A stretch of DNA of 63,864 bases, the filler included, from Aduncisulcus paluster (lineage: Eukaryota), in the NCBI GenBank assembly GCA_024181965.1. It is 8 parts of 8 records of this genome, joined end to end, with 100 filler letters (N's around TTAATTAATTAA, not from the genome) between each part and the next. Parts side by side here need not be neighbours in the genome. Positions count along the whole stretch, not along the records: positions 35,475 to 40,690 come from BQXS01011167.1; positions 40,791 to 45,023 come from BQXS01011168.1; positions 45,124 to 53,533 come from BQXS01011169.1; 5 more parts are not named here. One strand, 5' to 3'. Numbering within the stretch: position 1 is the first letter of the stretch; the number at the start of each line of letters is the position of its first letter. This document shows, piece after piece, positions 35,475 to 46,882 of the stretch. Below the pieces are notes generated by a model that was given only the letters and a program-made list of their open reading frames with translations, made no database searches and had not been told where the DNA came from. Made by a program: the position numbers and the translations under genes.

Positions 35475-38400
35475 TCATTTCAACACTGTTTCGCTCATGT
35501 CTTCCTCTACTATCACTAAATGTAAGAATCTCCTTGGTTCTCTGACTGTTTACAACACATCTAGCAGCCAAAAACAACAGAGCAGCCCTGTGTTGGACTC
35601 TCTTCGTTATACTGCTGTTGCAGAGGATCTTCATATTGATGGTGTCTTGGCTGATACGGATGATCAATCGATTCCACGTCCATTATTTGATTTTAAAGAT
35701 CCTCCTTCCCCGTCGGTCGTAGGTTCAAATCCCTCCATGACCACAATATCCGATTTTGTCCCCTCTCTTCTTCCTGGGCTTGCTACTTCTTCCTACATGC
35801 TTCTCACACACACTCACACGACACTCTCATCCGCCATCCGCAGTGTGAATGCTCTATGCACGGCTGTTCAACAGGTCGGCAAGATAGCTGAATGGTACAA
35901 AGCTCTCTGGGAGGCCACTGGTGATGATAGGATGTGGTGGTATGGAAAAAGGATATGGGGTGAAAGTAAGGAGACAAAAATAGATGATGTCACACTGAAT
36001 CAGAGTATTACCAACCTATTCACTCGCTCCAATTCATTTAAAATGGAATATTTTAAGCTTCAGAATCACTCAAACAACATTCAGAAAATTGACAAGAAAG
36101 TCGAGGAACTGTTGAAGATTCTCGGGAAAGATTTGCAAAGAGATCTTCAGTTTGTTTGGAGATGTCACGACATGAAAGTAATCGTCGGAATCGAGGAAGA
36201 AGATACCTCCGGATTATTAAAAGGCAGTGGACGATTGATTCCAGATATTTTTACAACTCCTTCCTCACCAAATAAGGCTCAATCAGGGCCCTCGCTTATG
36301 TTAGGATGTGGTACCCGTGCAATCCTACATCTTCTTAGCTGGAGTGTTCTCTCGAGTCTTGTGAGTTCCATGGGGCCTGTGTGGACAAGTGAATTGATAG
36401 TTAGTACCATCCGTGAAGTTGTCACAAGAATTCTCATTCTATTCACAAGGAAGGATCTGTTGAACATTTCTGTCTCAAATTCTCAGACAGGTGTTGAAAA
36501 CCAGCGGACACGAATGAGATCAATGGAGATCATTCACGAAGATGCTGGAGATGATGATTTTGATGAAGAGGAGGAGGAGGAAGAAGAAGGAGAGAAGAAG
36601 AAGAAGAAGAACAGAGACCAAGCTTCCCTCTCTTTCTCCTCATTATCTACTCGTTCTCCAGAAGTCATCGCCCAGGTATTCGATCCCTTGTTATCTGCCC
36701 TTATGTTCCTTAAGGATAAGATATCAGCATCGATCAGTGTGATCTACAACAAACGGATAACCAATGAGACCTCCAAGATGCCATTTGTTCCCCAACGTCA
36801 GGGAAGAGCTCTCCGCAGCAGTCATGTTGGTGGATTGGATGAACTCATGGCCAAGTCAATAGAGCAGACAGAGATGTTTGTCAGATTCGGAGTGGATTCA
36901 TATGTGTCATCCTTGCACAGAAGATTGAAGTATGTTCGTGATCTCAGCTATGGGCATGCAGAGCTCTGGAGAGGACTCACATACGAGGAAAAGAAGAGTT
37001 TCAATAAGGCATGGATTGCCATGAAGTCTTCTTTCATGGGCATTGTTGGAGAGAAGACGCAAGCCAGAAGAGGACCTTCTCGTCGTGGACAAATACTCCC
37101 ACATCTCACACAAAATGGTGAGTTATTGACCCAGAACATTATGTACAAAAGACCACCCATGTTTGGACCAGACTTTACTTCCCATGTGTCCTTGTGGCAA
37201 TATGATCCTGTGTTTATTGCTAAGAAAGAAATTGAGGGTAATGATGGTGCCCAAGAAGTTGATGTTGATGACATATCTTTATATGGGAAACAGTTAGGTG
37301 GTAGTGTGATGAAATCTTCAGTTAGTTCAGCTCCTGGCAGTTCGACTCGAGGCAGTGGAAGAGATCTCCCCGAAGGCGGCATGATCAAACACAACCGTCG
37401 AAACAAACGTGATTCTACCATTACCCTCGTCTTCAGACATCTCTCCTCGCTTCCTCTTTTGGATACTAGTATTGAAGGAAGAAATGTGTTTCATGATGTT
37501 ATAGAGGCTTACACAAGGATTCTGGGAGGAATCGAGAGTGAACTTGGAAAGAGAATAGCCTCCGAGCTCTCTGAGGCTGCAAAGAAACAGGACACAAAGC
37601 TATCTCTCTCAATATACAGGGAGAATAGACGTTTTCTCAGTCGAGAACGGGTCAGTAGCCAGGTCCGTCATTGTCAAGACGATCTTGTATGTGGACTTGA
37701 GAAACGGGTTGAAATTCTACTAAACTCACAGTCATCTGCCTCGTTTTCACTTCAACATGCCTCATCTAGAGCTCTTGACTCCATCAGAGGTGTAGATCGA
37801 GCGATTGCAAGACTCTTATGGGCCATTTCATTCCACAAACAGCTCCATATCATTCAAACTCAGCTTATATCTGTTCTTGGAAGTGGATGGAAGGAAGTAG
37901 ATCGCGGCAAGAAAGTTAAAGACGATCTTAAAACATGTAAAAAGAAGAGAACCCTGCCTCATGAGATTGTTCGTGAGGAATCTATCATAAGAAAACTAGA
38001 AATCCGTAAGTTCTACAAAAGACTCCCTCTCATACCATCTGAACAAGTCAGTGTTGCTACTTTTGGTAAAGATATCATTGACACCCCTTCTGAAGCCCAA
38101 AGTGACTATGAAAACAAACTCGTCCGTCTCGAGTCGATGGGTCTAAGGGCACAGTCCACAACCATTGAAGAGTTTCTTGCTGCCAGTGATGAGAGCAGTG
38201 GTGATACGAACAAAATGATAGTTTCCTCTCTGCCTGTATTCAAACTCCATCCTTTCCTTTCTGATAGTTCTCCATCTTCTCTTTCCTCCTTGGATGTTCT
38301 TCACAACCTTCTCAGGACCTATGGAAAGTTCTTGGAAAGGATATATCGAGAAGTTGGCACGGAGTTTGGAATGGAAGAAAGTGATGAAAAAGAAGAGATT

Positions 38401-40690
38401 AATTGTGTTCTTACTGGTGAGAAAATATTAGGAAGTGATGATTCTGAAGCTCCAACACGTGTTTTGAGCCTTGACATGTCTGTTCTTCTCCAACACCCAA
38501 TGTTACAGATCCTTACTCAATCTCTCTCCCTCCAGGGAAGGGGAAATCTACATGTAGCTAGCCTTGTGAATTTATTCTCGTCCTCTCTGTCTGAATATCA
38601 TCAGCTCGAGTCTGAGATATATAGAAGTGCGTGCATGTTCAGGTTTGCCATATGTCACGATGGAACAAAGAAGACCACAAAAGATCCAGGAGAAGCCAAG
38701 AAAATGACACGTTATTCATATCCTCTTCCTTCTCACATACTTCTTGCATCTTCCATCCTTGCTTGCAGGATTTTGCTCATGCATGTTCGTACTATGCCTT
38801 TAAGGAGTGTAATGGACAAGAAATACTCAAAGAGACCTATTGATATTGACTGGGTTGAGAGAAAAGTGTCTGAAATGGTCGGTCAAGGAAAGAAGGGATC
38901 TTCATCAAGTACAATTCATGATTATCGAGAAGAATCAGACTCTTTGAAAAGATCCAAGTCACAATTCTATCTTTCTTCGGCCCGTAGTGACTCATCAAGA
39001 CCTTCTCCGCGGTCTTCTCATCGTAGAAGTTCCTCATATGCTTCTAAAAATAGTACATTGTTCGATGATAATGGACATTCCTCGGTGAAGTTTGTTGATC
39101 AGAAACAGATCGTGACATTAGTGATGGAATATGGGAAATATTCTGATGGAGATTCACCATTCTCCTCATGCATGATGCCTTTTGTTGTGAGTGTAAGTAA
39201 GCTTCGTGAAAAGACGAGGAAAGTGGAAGAGATTAGAAGAAACTTTGAGCGTCTGTTGACAAAATTACGGAAAGAGGCCAATTCACATGAATTTGGTTCA
39301 AATATTATGATGGCTACTTTCAATTCAACAAAATCCACCCATTCAAAGATTTCCTCTGTTATGAAAGTCATTAATACCGAAGGTTTAAAGCTCGGTATCG
39401 ATTATTCGTGTACGACTGCCTTTAAGTTCGCCACAGATTGCTGTATCGGTCGTATCCTTGGTCATGCTTATTCAAGAGCTTGTACTATCCTTGGCCTCAG
39501 TATCATCACGAATGAGGCCAGTTCAAATGAAGGAAAAGATGGGAAATGTCCGCCTATTGTGTGTAAACTACGTGGTAATGATTCTGTTACTTCTGGAGGT
39601 TCCTCTTCTTTCTCCACTTCACCTGCTTCCCTTCTGCACGTCATGTCCAACTCTTTCAGTGATATCGGACACACGTATCTCGACCACAAATGCATTGCTG
39701 AGAGTCCAGTCACTCGCGATGTCCCCACCGAATCGTTGACTTTCGCCCCAATTGGTAACTCTTTCTTCCCACCGGCCGTGCTTTCTGTTGTGTCCATTAG
39801 TGCTCAGACATGTGTGCACAACGCTGAGAATGAACGGGACAGGCTCTGCGAGAGCGTAGAGGGAGTCTGGAGAGTTCGAATCAATGCGGTCAAGGACCAA
39901 CTGAGGAGTTGTGTCGATAAGTGGAAGCGTAGCAGTGGTAAGAAAGAGCTTGATAGTTCCAATTCTGCCTCTATTGGTTCTGTTCACACACCATCAAGAC
40001 ACCCTGAACCTCTGTCTTATTCCGATCGTTTGTACTCTGTGTTTGTCGATAAATGTGAAGCCAATGAAATGAAATTCTGGTGTGATGCTCTTCAGTTTGT
40101 ACTCTTTGAGAAGAAACGTAAGGAAAAAGAAATCAATCAAGATGTTGAAGAAGAAGATGGTGATGGTGCTTTGATGACCGTTCATGAAGATATTCCAACG
40201 TCTCCTCCAAGTGCTGTTGAACCGACTGAGAAAAGACCTGGGCCGAATGTGATGTTAAGGAATAGACTTCAACTTGATGACCAAATGGGCTTTGCTACCC
40301 CCAGTTTGAATGCCAAGATGCTTGGAACTGGTGCTACATCATCCAATCCTGATCAACGTGGTGCTTTTAACATTACTCCTCACCTTAAAAAGTCAAAACC
40401 TATTGATACGATTGCTGAACATGACATTATCTCCCTTCTTTTTACCCACATGCATAGTATCTCCAAGAACTCACGTGAAGATCTCCGGAATATTCTGAAC
40501 AAGAACACTGGCATCCTCAAGAAGAAATTCTTTGGAACTGGGGAAGAGTCTGCAGTCTCATCCGCTCTGAGTCCACGCGGCGACCGTCCTTCCGTGACAT
40601 CTATGTCCTCTGTATCAGAATCCAAGGGAGATCCTCTCATCACAATCGATGTTGCAGGTGCTCACGAAGAGGTATTGCTCAAATTAGGTG
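35475..40690 (+). CDS. DYNC1H1: Divergent cytoplasmic dynein heavy chain, N-terminal tail (DHC_N1) fragment
   Basis: Collinear blocks LLDTSIEGRNVF, AYTRILGGIESELGKRI, SIYRENRRFLSRERVSSQVRHCQDDLV and LLWAISFHKQL...SVLGSGWKEVDRGKKVK resemble remembered dynein-1 tail segments ([35 protein letters not shown]...DVLGKGWE...GQKLK). Open at the contig ends, and the motor domain is not in view. Confidence 0.65.
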
Positions 40691-40790
40691 NNNNNNNNNN
40701 NNNNNNNNNNNNNNNNNNNNNNNNNNNNNNNNNNTTAATTAATTAANNNNNNNNNNNNNNNNNNNNNNNNNNNNNNNNNNNNNNNNNNNN

Positions 40791-42947
40791 GAAGAAAAAT
40801 CCACGATTAATGTCAGCACTGGTGGTTGAACCAACATATAAATATCTCAATCCATGAATATAATGACTCAGAATGTTTGTAGAATCCAGAGAATTTCCAA
40901 CACGATTGTCAGCATCCACAATGAGTTGAATCGGATGAACATGACCGGAGAGATGTTTGAGAGTGAAGAAAGATGGGGAGAGAGGTGGGAACAAAGGTCC
41001 AGAAGCCACAGTGGTCTCACCTGGAGCTTTAGTTTGTTCTCCAATGATTCTTTGTTTGATTTCATCCAAGAGTTCCTTCACATTGGCTTCGATTCCCCAT
41101 TTAGATGCCTTGGCCAACAATTCTGCCATAGCGTCTATATATTTAGAGTGTAACTCATTACTGTCTAAAAATAGATCATTAATTTCTTCAACATAATCCT
41201 CAACAATGGTATTTTCGGTGACAGTGGATGTTTCACTTGTTGGATGCATTGTGACTCTGATAACATCATCAATGGCATCAAATAGTTTTGGAACAAGCTC
41301 ATCAAGCTTTGCCACGATCAGATCATGATCCTGTGACAAAGTTTGAATGATGGCTTGTGTTTTGTTGAACGATTTGTGCATGAAACTGACCACGCTTGAA
41401 GATTGTTGAAGTGTATCAAGAGCAGATGTATCAGTATTGAGTGCAGATTCCATCGAAATAATGTCTTTAGCTAGCTTATCTATTATTGCAATCAATTCGA
41501 CTTGTTTCTTCTGCATTGTAAACAAAGAAGATTCGAGCGTTTCTTTAAGATCATCTTTCTCAGACCAAATATCAAAATTAGATTGTTTCTCACCTTCACC
41601 CTCTCCGTCTTCTTCTTTCTCATTCTCAAGAAGACTCAGTTCTTTTTCAACTTTCTCAATGTCTATTTTCGTCAATGAGATGTTTTTGTTGATTTCAGTC
41701 AGTAATGATTCAAATCTAGCCTTTTCTTTCTGTGCTTCAGTGAAATCCTTGTTCCTATTAAGTATGGATGTTCCTAACTCTTCAATCTCCTTGTCTATGT
41801 CTTCTTGAGTGTGTCCAATAGCTTGGACGGACAAAATGGTCGAGCTCTCGGGAGAGAAAAGCTCTAAAGTGTCATGAATGTGAATGGAATTACTCATTAT
41901 CGTTGAGGTGGCATGGCTCGTCGATGTAATTGAAGCAACGAGCTGGTAATAGACAATGATATTGCGTAATCCAAGAAGAGCATTCGCAATCCCTTCGTTC
42001 GGAGTGAATGCCGTCTGTTGAGCAAAAGAGTGGGCATTTTCACGAATCCAATCGGGAACATCTTCAATGTCATCATAAGAGATGCCATAATCATATAAAA
42101 ACTCCTCAAGAGCTTCTTGAACTCTTTCTTCACGTTTTTCAACAATGGGTGAGAGGATGCGAGCAGACTTATCCAAATCTTTTTCAAGGCCATGTGCTCC
42201 ATTAAAATAGGCAATGGCAAGGTCGATCAAACTATCTTCATGGCCAATGCTGGCCGTGTCAACGAGATATTGAACATGGGATTGATCTTTTTTAGTCCGT
42301 TGGAGATCAGAAGAGACATCGATGGTGGATGGAACTCCCTTGTATAGACTGCCATATTCTTCAGGGTCGGTAGATTCTGAATGGGACAAATACGGGAGCA
42401 TTGAAGACAAAATAAGCCGGTTTGTAGATTCTTGGTTAAGAAGATCAAGATCTGACTTATTAAAAACCTTTTTGGTGATAGTAGGATCCATAAAACTACT
42501 TAATAGTTCTAAATCCTCCGATATTTTGTCTTTAATGCTTTCATGGAAGGCTAATTCCTTATGTCTTGTTCGAATGTTCCTTCCTGCCAACAAAGTGAAT
42601 TTAAATATGTCATCGGGGTTATTAAAATCGGCATTAAAGGCGAATCCATCTAAATCGTCAGTTTGATCAACCAATAAACCCATGTACCGGAATGTAAGAA
42701 GAGTCAGCGGACAAATGAAGGCATTCGTTTTAGTATAACACTCATGGGCGAATTCATATGCCTTTAATATTCCATTATTATTGTTTTGCTGTAGTAATGA
42801 ATATATATAGCTTTCACAAGCGTCATAATCACCTTTTTCTAAACAACGTTCTTTAGGGGATTTACATGAAACAAATCGTAAACAAAATGAACATAGAATC
42901 ACATATATTATAACTTTTAAATGGGATGATAAAAGACAATTCTTCAT
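40791..42947 (-). CDS. Secretory-pathway Sel1-repeat protein (SEL1L/Hrd3-like) with a coiled-coil insertion, 3'-truncated
   Basis: Signal peptide from ATG 42947. Sel1-like segments ASIGHEDSLIDLAIAYFNGAHGLEKDLDKSA and YIHGLRYLYVG...DINRGFFF. Confidence 0.6.
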
Positions 42948-43291
42948 AATAGATGTGACGGGATGCAAAGTCTGGCTTCCTGATCTTAAGCCAAATAAGG
43001 TTCGAAAATGATTTTCCTGTATATATTTCTTAATTTTTATTAATATTTATTCATGAAATCCATTTTTTGTCATTTCTAATCACTCCTATATATAGATGAG
43101 CTGATTCATGGTATTATCGTATTAATATTGGTTTCTTAATAGACAAATAGTTATATATATAATCTTTCAAAGACTTTTAACTTTTGGTTTTTTCAATAAC
43201 ATCATAATATTCATGCGAACTAATTTTAGCACTTTGAGAGAAAGTGGCAAGCAATTTTGTTTTCTTTCTTCTGTCGCGGCTAGTTATAATA

Positions 43292-43871
43292 ATGCAGGTA
43301 TGAAATCTTTTTTTCAGTGTTGTTAAGCTTTTAGTTTTTATATTTATCATTTGTTTACCCTATTCTTTCTGTTTTGTCACCACAATCCTTAAATTGTTTG
43401 AAATACTCGTTTTTATGAATATTTTCTTTTATAATACCTTCTAAAATACTTTTAAACGCTATTGTGATATTTTTTAATTTATTATCTTTTTTTTTTTAGA
43501 TCTTTGTTCGTACATTGACTGGTAAGACCATCACCCTTGACGTTGACCAATCTGACTCCATCGATTCTGTCAAGGCCAAGATCCAGGAGAAGGAAGGTAT
43601 CCCTCCTGAGCAACAACGTCTTATCTTCGCTGGTAAGCAGCTTGATGAGGGACGTACCCTTGGTGACTACAACATCATGAAGGACTCTACTCTTCATCTT
43701 GTTCTCCGTCTTCGTGGTGGTGTTATTGAGCCCACTTTGATGGCCCTTGCTAAGAAATACCGTGTTGAAAAGAAAATCTGCCGTCACTGCTATGCTCGTA
43801 ACAGTGTTCGTGCCAAGAACTGCCGTCGTTGTGGTCACACCGATCTTAGAATGAAGAAGAAAATGAAGTAA
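43292..43871 (+). CDS. UBA52: Ubiquitin-60S ribosomal protein L40 fusion, two exons (43292-43297, 43500-43871)
   Basis: ATGCAG|GTATGA...TAG|ATCTTTGTT restores [16 protein letters not shown] is followed by [13 protein letters not shown]...CRHCYAR...CRRCGH...KKK. Confidence 0.97.
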
Positions 43872-44099
43872 TTCTTTTCTTTGAATTAATACAAATAAAG
43901 AGGTGCTACATCCGTGGAATCTGATGTTATATTTGAATTTGAAAATATCAATCAATATAAGATAATAAATCCATCATAAATAAATCTATTATCAATATAT
44001 TTTATTTTACTCGTCGTTTTGTCGAATGGATGGAATTATCGACCCTGCCATTGAAAAACACAACGAATCAGCTTTTTTGCCAATACTAGTTAAAACAGA

Positions 44100-45023
44100 A
44101 TGTTTTCAAATTCTGTTTTGTATGAAAAATTGGAAGAACTGTTGGATAATGCCCATGAGTGTTGTCCTACTCTTCGATGTTCCGATGTTTTAACAATCAA
44201 GACTGATTGTGAGACTGCATGGCAACAACTGAAGCATTTAGGGAAAAGTAGTATTGTAAATGATCTATCAACGCCATTATTTGCTGCAATTAAGGTTTTG
44301 GAAAAAGAAAAGGTGATATCCAAATTTGATACTGAACCCCTCGAAGAAGACGAATTTGAAGAAGGAACGAGGTTAAAAAAAGATAATGAAGCTGAAGAGG
44401 AGGAGGAAAATGAAGAAGATGAAATGATTTATACGGAACAAGAGCAGAAAATCAGAGACGAAGAAATAATATATGGATGTTCGGAGGAAGAAGAAGAAGA
44501 AGAAGAAAAACATAAAGATGTAAATAATGAAAATAATGAAGAGGAGGAAGAAGATGAAGACGAACAGGAAGAAGAGGAAGATGAAGACGAAGACGAAGAG
44601 GAAGAAGAGGAAGAGGAAAGTTCAGCTGAGTCCACAGAAGATAGTATAAAAATGGATGATACTGAGAATGATAAAGATAAAGATACAAAAGAAGAGGATG
44701 AGGAGAGTTCCGGAAGCGAGGAAGATGAACCATTACAACTTAAACCAAAGATGGTCAGATTTTCTGACGTTAAGAAAGAAGAAGAGGAAGATCTAGAACA
44801 AGAAGAAGCTCCAAAACCTCAAAGATTGATCTCTTCGTTTGAACGAAAACAACGAGCACTTGCTAAACAGATTAATTCAATTGAAAATGAACTCGTCAGT
44901 CGAAAGAAATGGGAAATGGGCGGAGAAGTTGAAGCCAAAGAGCGTGGGGTCGACTCTCTGCTCGATGTTGTCCGTGGTAGGAACATTGAGGATGGACGAA
45001 GACTTGAGGTTGATTTTGGTGTA
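44100..45023 (+). CDS. MPP10: U3 snoRNP protein Mpp10, 3'-truncated
   Basis: Long acidic region followed by SSFERKQ...INSIENELVSRKKWEMGGEVEAKERGVDSLL, the conserved Mpp10 core. Confidence 0.88.
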
Positions 45024-45124
45024 NNNNNNNNNNNNNNNNNNNNNNNNNNNNNNNNNNNNNNNNNNNNTTAATTAATTAANNNNNNNNNNNNNNNNNNNNN
45101 NNNNNNNNNNNNNNNNNNNNNNNA

Positions 45125-46285
45125 GAAGAAGAGAAAGAAGAAGAAGAGGAAGGAGATAGTACAATAGATAAGGATGAACGGGAGAAAAGAGGAGGAAAAG
45201 GGAGTATTCATGGAAAGCGTCGTAGCTCAGGAACTGTTGATATAGGTCACAATCATAACAGTCCACTGAACCATCACACAGGATCATCCAAACGTCGTTC
45301 TTCAGGTTCCAAACGTCGTTCTTCAGGTTCCAAACGTCGTTCTTCAGGTAGTAGTACGAAATGGATATTATTCCCTCCCAAAAGAGGATTGACTATTAAA
45401 GATCTTGTGTCCAAACCCATTGAATCTCAACAATATGAGTCCTTTGCTTCAGAACCCGTACGAATTGGATGTTCATGTATTTATGGTCGGAAAGATATTC
45501 AAGTCAACGTACAGGATGAGTATTATGAAGACATTGACGTTGATGATGAGGAAGAGAAGGAAGGAGAGGGGGAAATTAAGAATAAGAAGACGACCAAAAA
45601 GAAGAAGAAAGTCAAGAGGAATGTTGTGAAGAAAGGGGAAGGTTATCCATATCCCATGATTGATTCCAAGACATTATCTATTCTTTACAAGAGTCAAAAT
45701 GCACCTGAAATGTCACAATATGTCACTAAACTCTTAGAATTTATTAAAGAAAGACCCTCTTTGAATATTCCTAAAAATTTGCTCGAAAAAGTCGAATTTC
45801 TTCCCGTTCGAATCGAGAAAACTGGACTTAGTGGTGCCACAAAGAGTGAAATTAGTGGTAGCCTTGAGATATCTTACTCAAAAACTGATGCTGTAGCCGA
45901 TTTTAGTACATTGAGAAACTCTATTAATAGAATGTTTGAGTTATTCCATGGCTATGGTTTTATTCCCCCCTTTATTTGTATTGATTCCCTCCATTCTGAG
46001 TTTGTTCATTTCCTTGAGTTCTGTATCATGGCTATGTTTTGTGCTCTTATTGGAGGACAAATTGGAGGAAAAGATCGGACAATGTTCTTCGTATCCGTGT
46101 GTGCATTGTTCCGAGGGTGTGTATCTGGCAAAAAATGGAATAATACTCTGGTATGTCTAAGAAGATGGAACGATAAAACAATCATGGGAAGGAAATTAAT
46201 GTATCGTTGGTTGGTTAATTCCTGCCCAAAACTTAGGAAAGAAGAAGTTATGTTATGGAAGGGGAAAATATGTCATAGGAAATGA
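45125..46285 (+). CDS. Hypothetical protein, 5'-truncated
   Basis: Frame open from the contig start and in frame with track ORF 45389. Confidence 0.75.
   Translation, partial: EEEKEEEEEGDSTIDKDEREKRGGKGSIHGKRRSSGTVDIGHNHNSPLNHHTGSSKRRSSGSKRRSSGSKRRSSGSSTKWILFPPKRGLTIKDLVSKPIESQQYESFASEPVRIGCSCIYGRKDIQVNVQDEYYEDIDVDDEEEKEGEGEIKNKKTTKKKKKVKRNVVKKGEGYPYPMIDSKTLSILYKSQNAPEMSQYVTKLLEFIKERPSLNIPKNLLEKVEFLPVRIEKTGLSGATKSEISGSLEISYSKTDAVADFSTLRNSINRMFELFHGYGFIPPFICIDSLHSEFVHFLEFCIMAMFCALIGGQIGGKDRTMFFVSVCALFRGCVSGKKWNNTLVCLRRWNDKTIMGRKLMYRWLVNSCPKLRKEEVMLWKGKICHRK
45286..45348 (+). repeat. 21-nt coding tandem repeat, three copies (SKRRSSG)
   Basis: TCCAAACGTCGTTCTTCAGGT occurs three times in tandem. 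Confidence 0.9.
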
Positions 46286-46882
46286 AGAAAAATGGATTAA
46301 TTAATTAATATTTGAATTCTTATGATTGTGTAAATATTCAAGATATCAAATATTCTCTTCTATCTTGGAGAATGGTTATCTCCCATATTGTGCAAAAGAT
46401 CTACACAATATACACGCCAATATAATATACGATGTCAATGATTTGTTGCATGTATTTCTTTCTGAAGATCAAGAGGACATTTTTCATTTTTATTTGATCA
46501 ATATTGACTTTTGAAAATAATTTGAGCAAAAAATTTGAATTGGCGTGAAATTCGAATTTCTTTGAAATAGAAAGATTCATTAAGATAGTCTTTCCTTTAC
46601 AAAGATATGACAAAAATAGATAGAAAAATTAACAAGCATTTGAATTTGAAGATTTGATATTGGATATACCCCTCTGTATCATTATAATAATTCATACCAG
46701 AAAATATATTTATATTTAGGATATAATATTGTCTTCTCTTCTCTTCTCAGAATCTAACTTGTCTATAATAAAATATTGTTCGAATGTTGATATTTATAGA
46801 TCTATGATGTTTCTCAAGAGAATATCGAGACACATATTGTTTCTAAATATATCTCGTTTCTCAAATACTATATATTCTTACT

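Noticed and set aside
43298-43499. snoRNA inside the longer UBA52 intron
   Set aside because: No box C/D or H/ACA arrangement is visible, only T-rich sequence.
45286-45348. CRISPR-like array
   Set aside because: It is a spacerless 21-nt in-frame coding tandem repeat in a eukaryotic gene.
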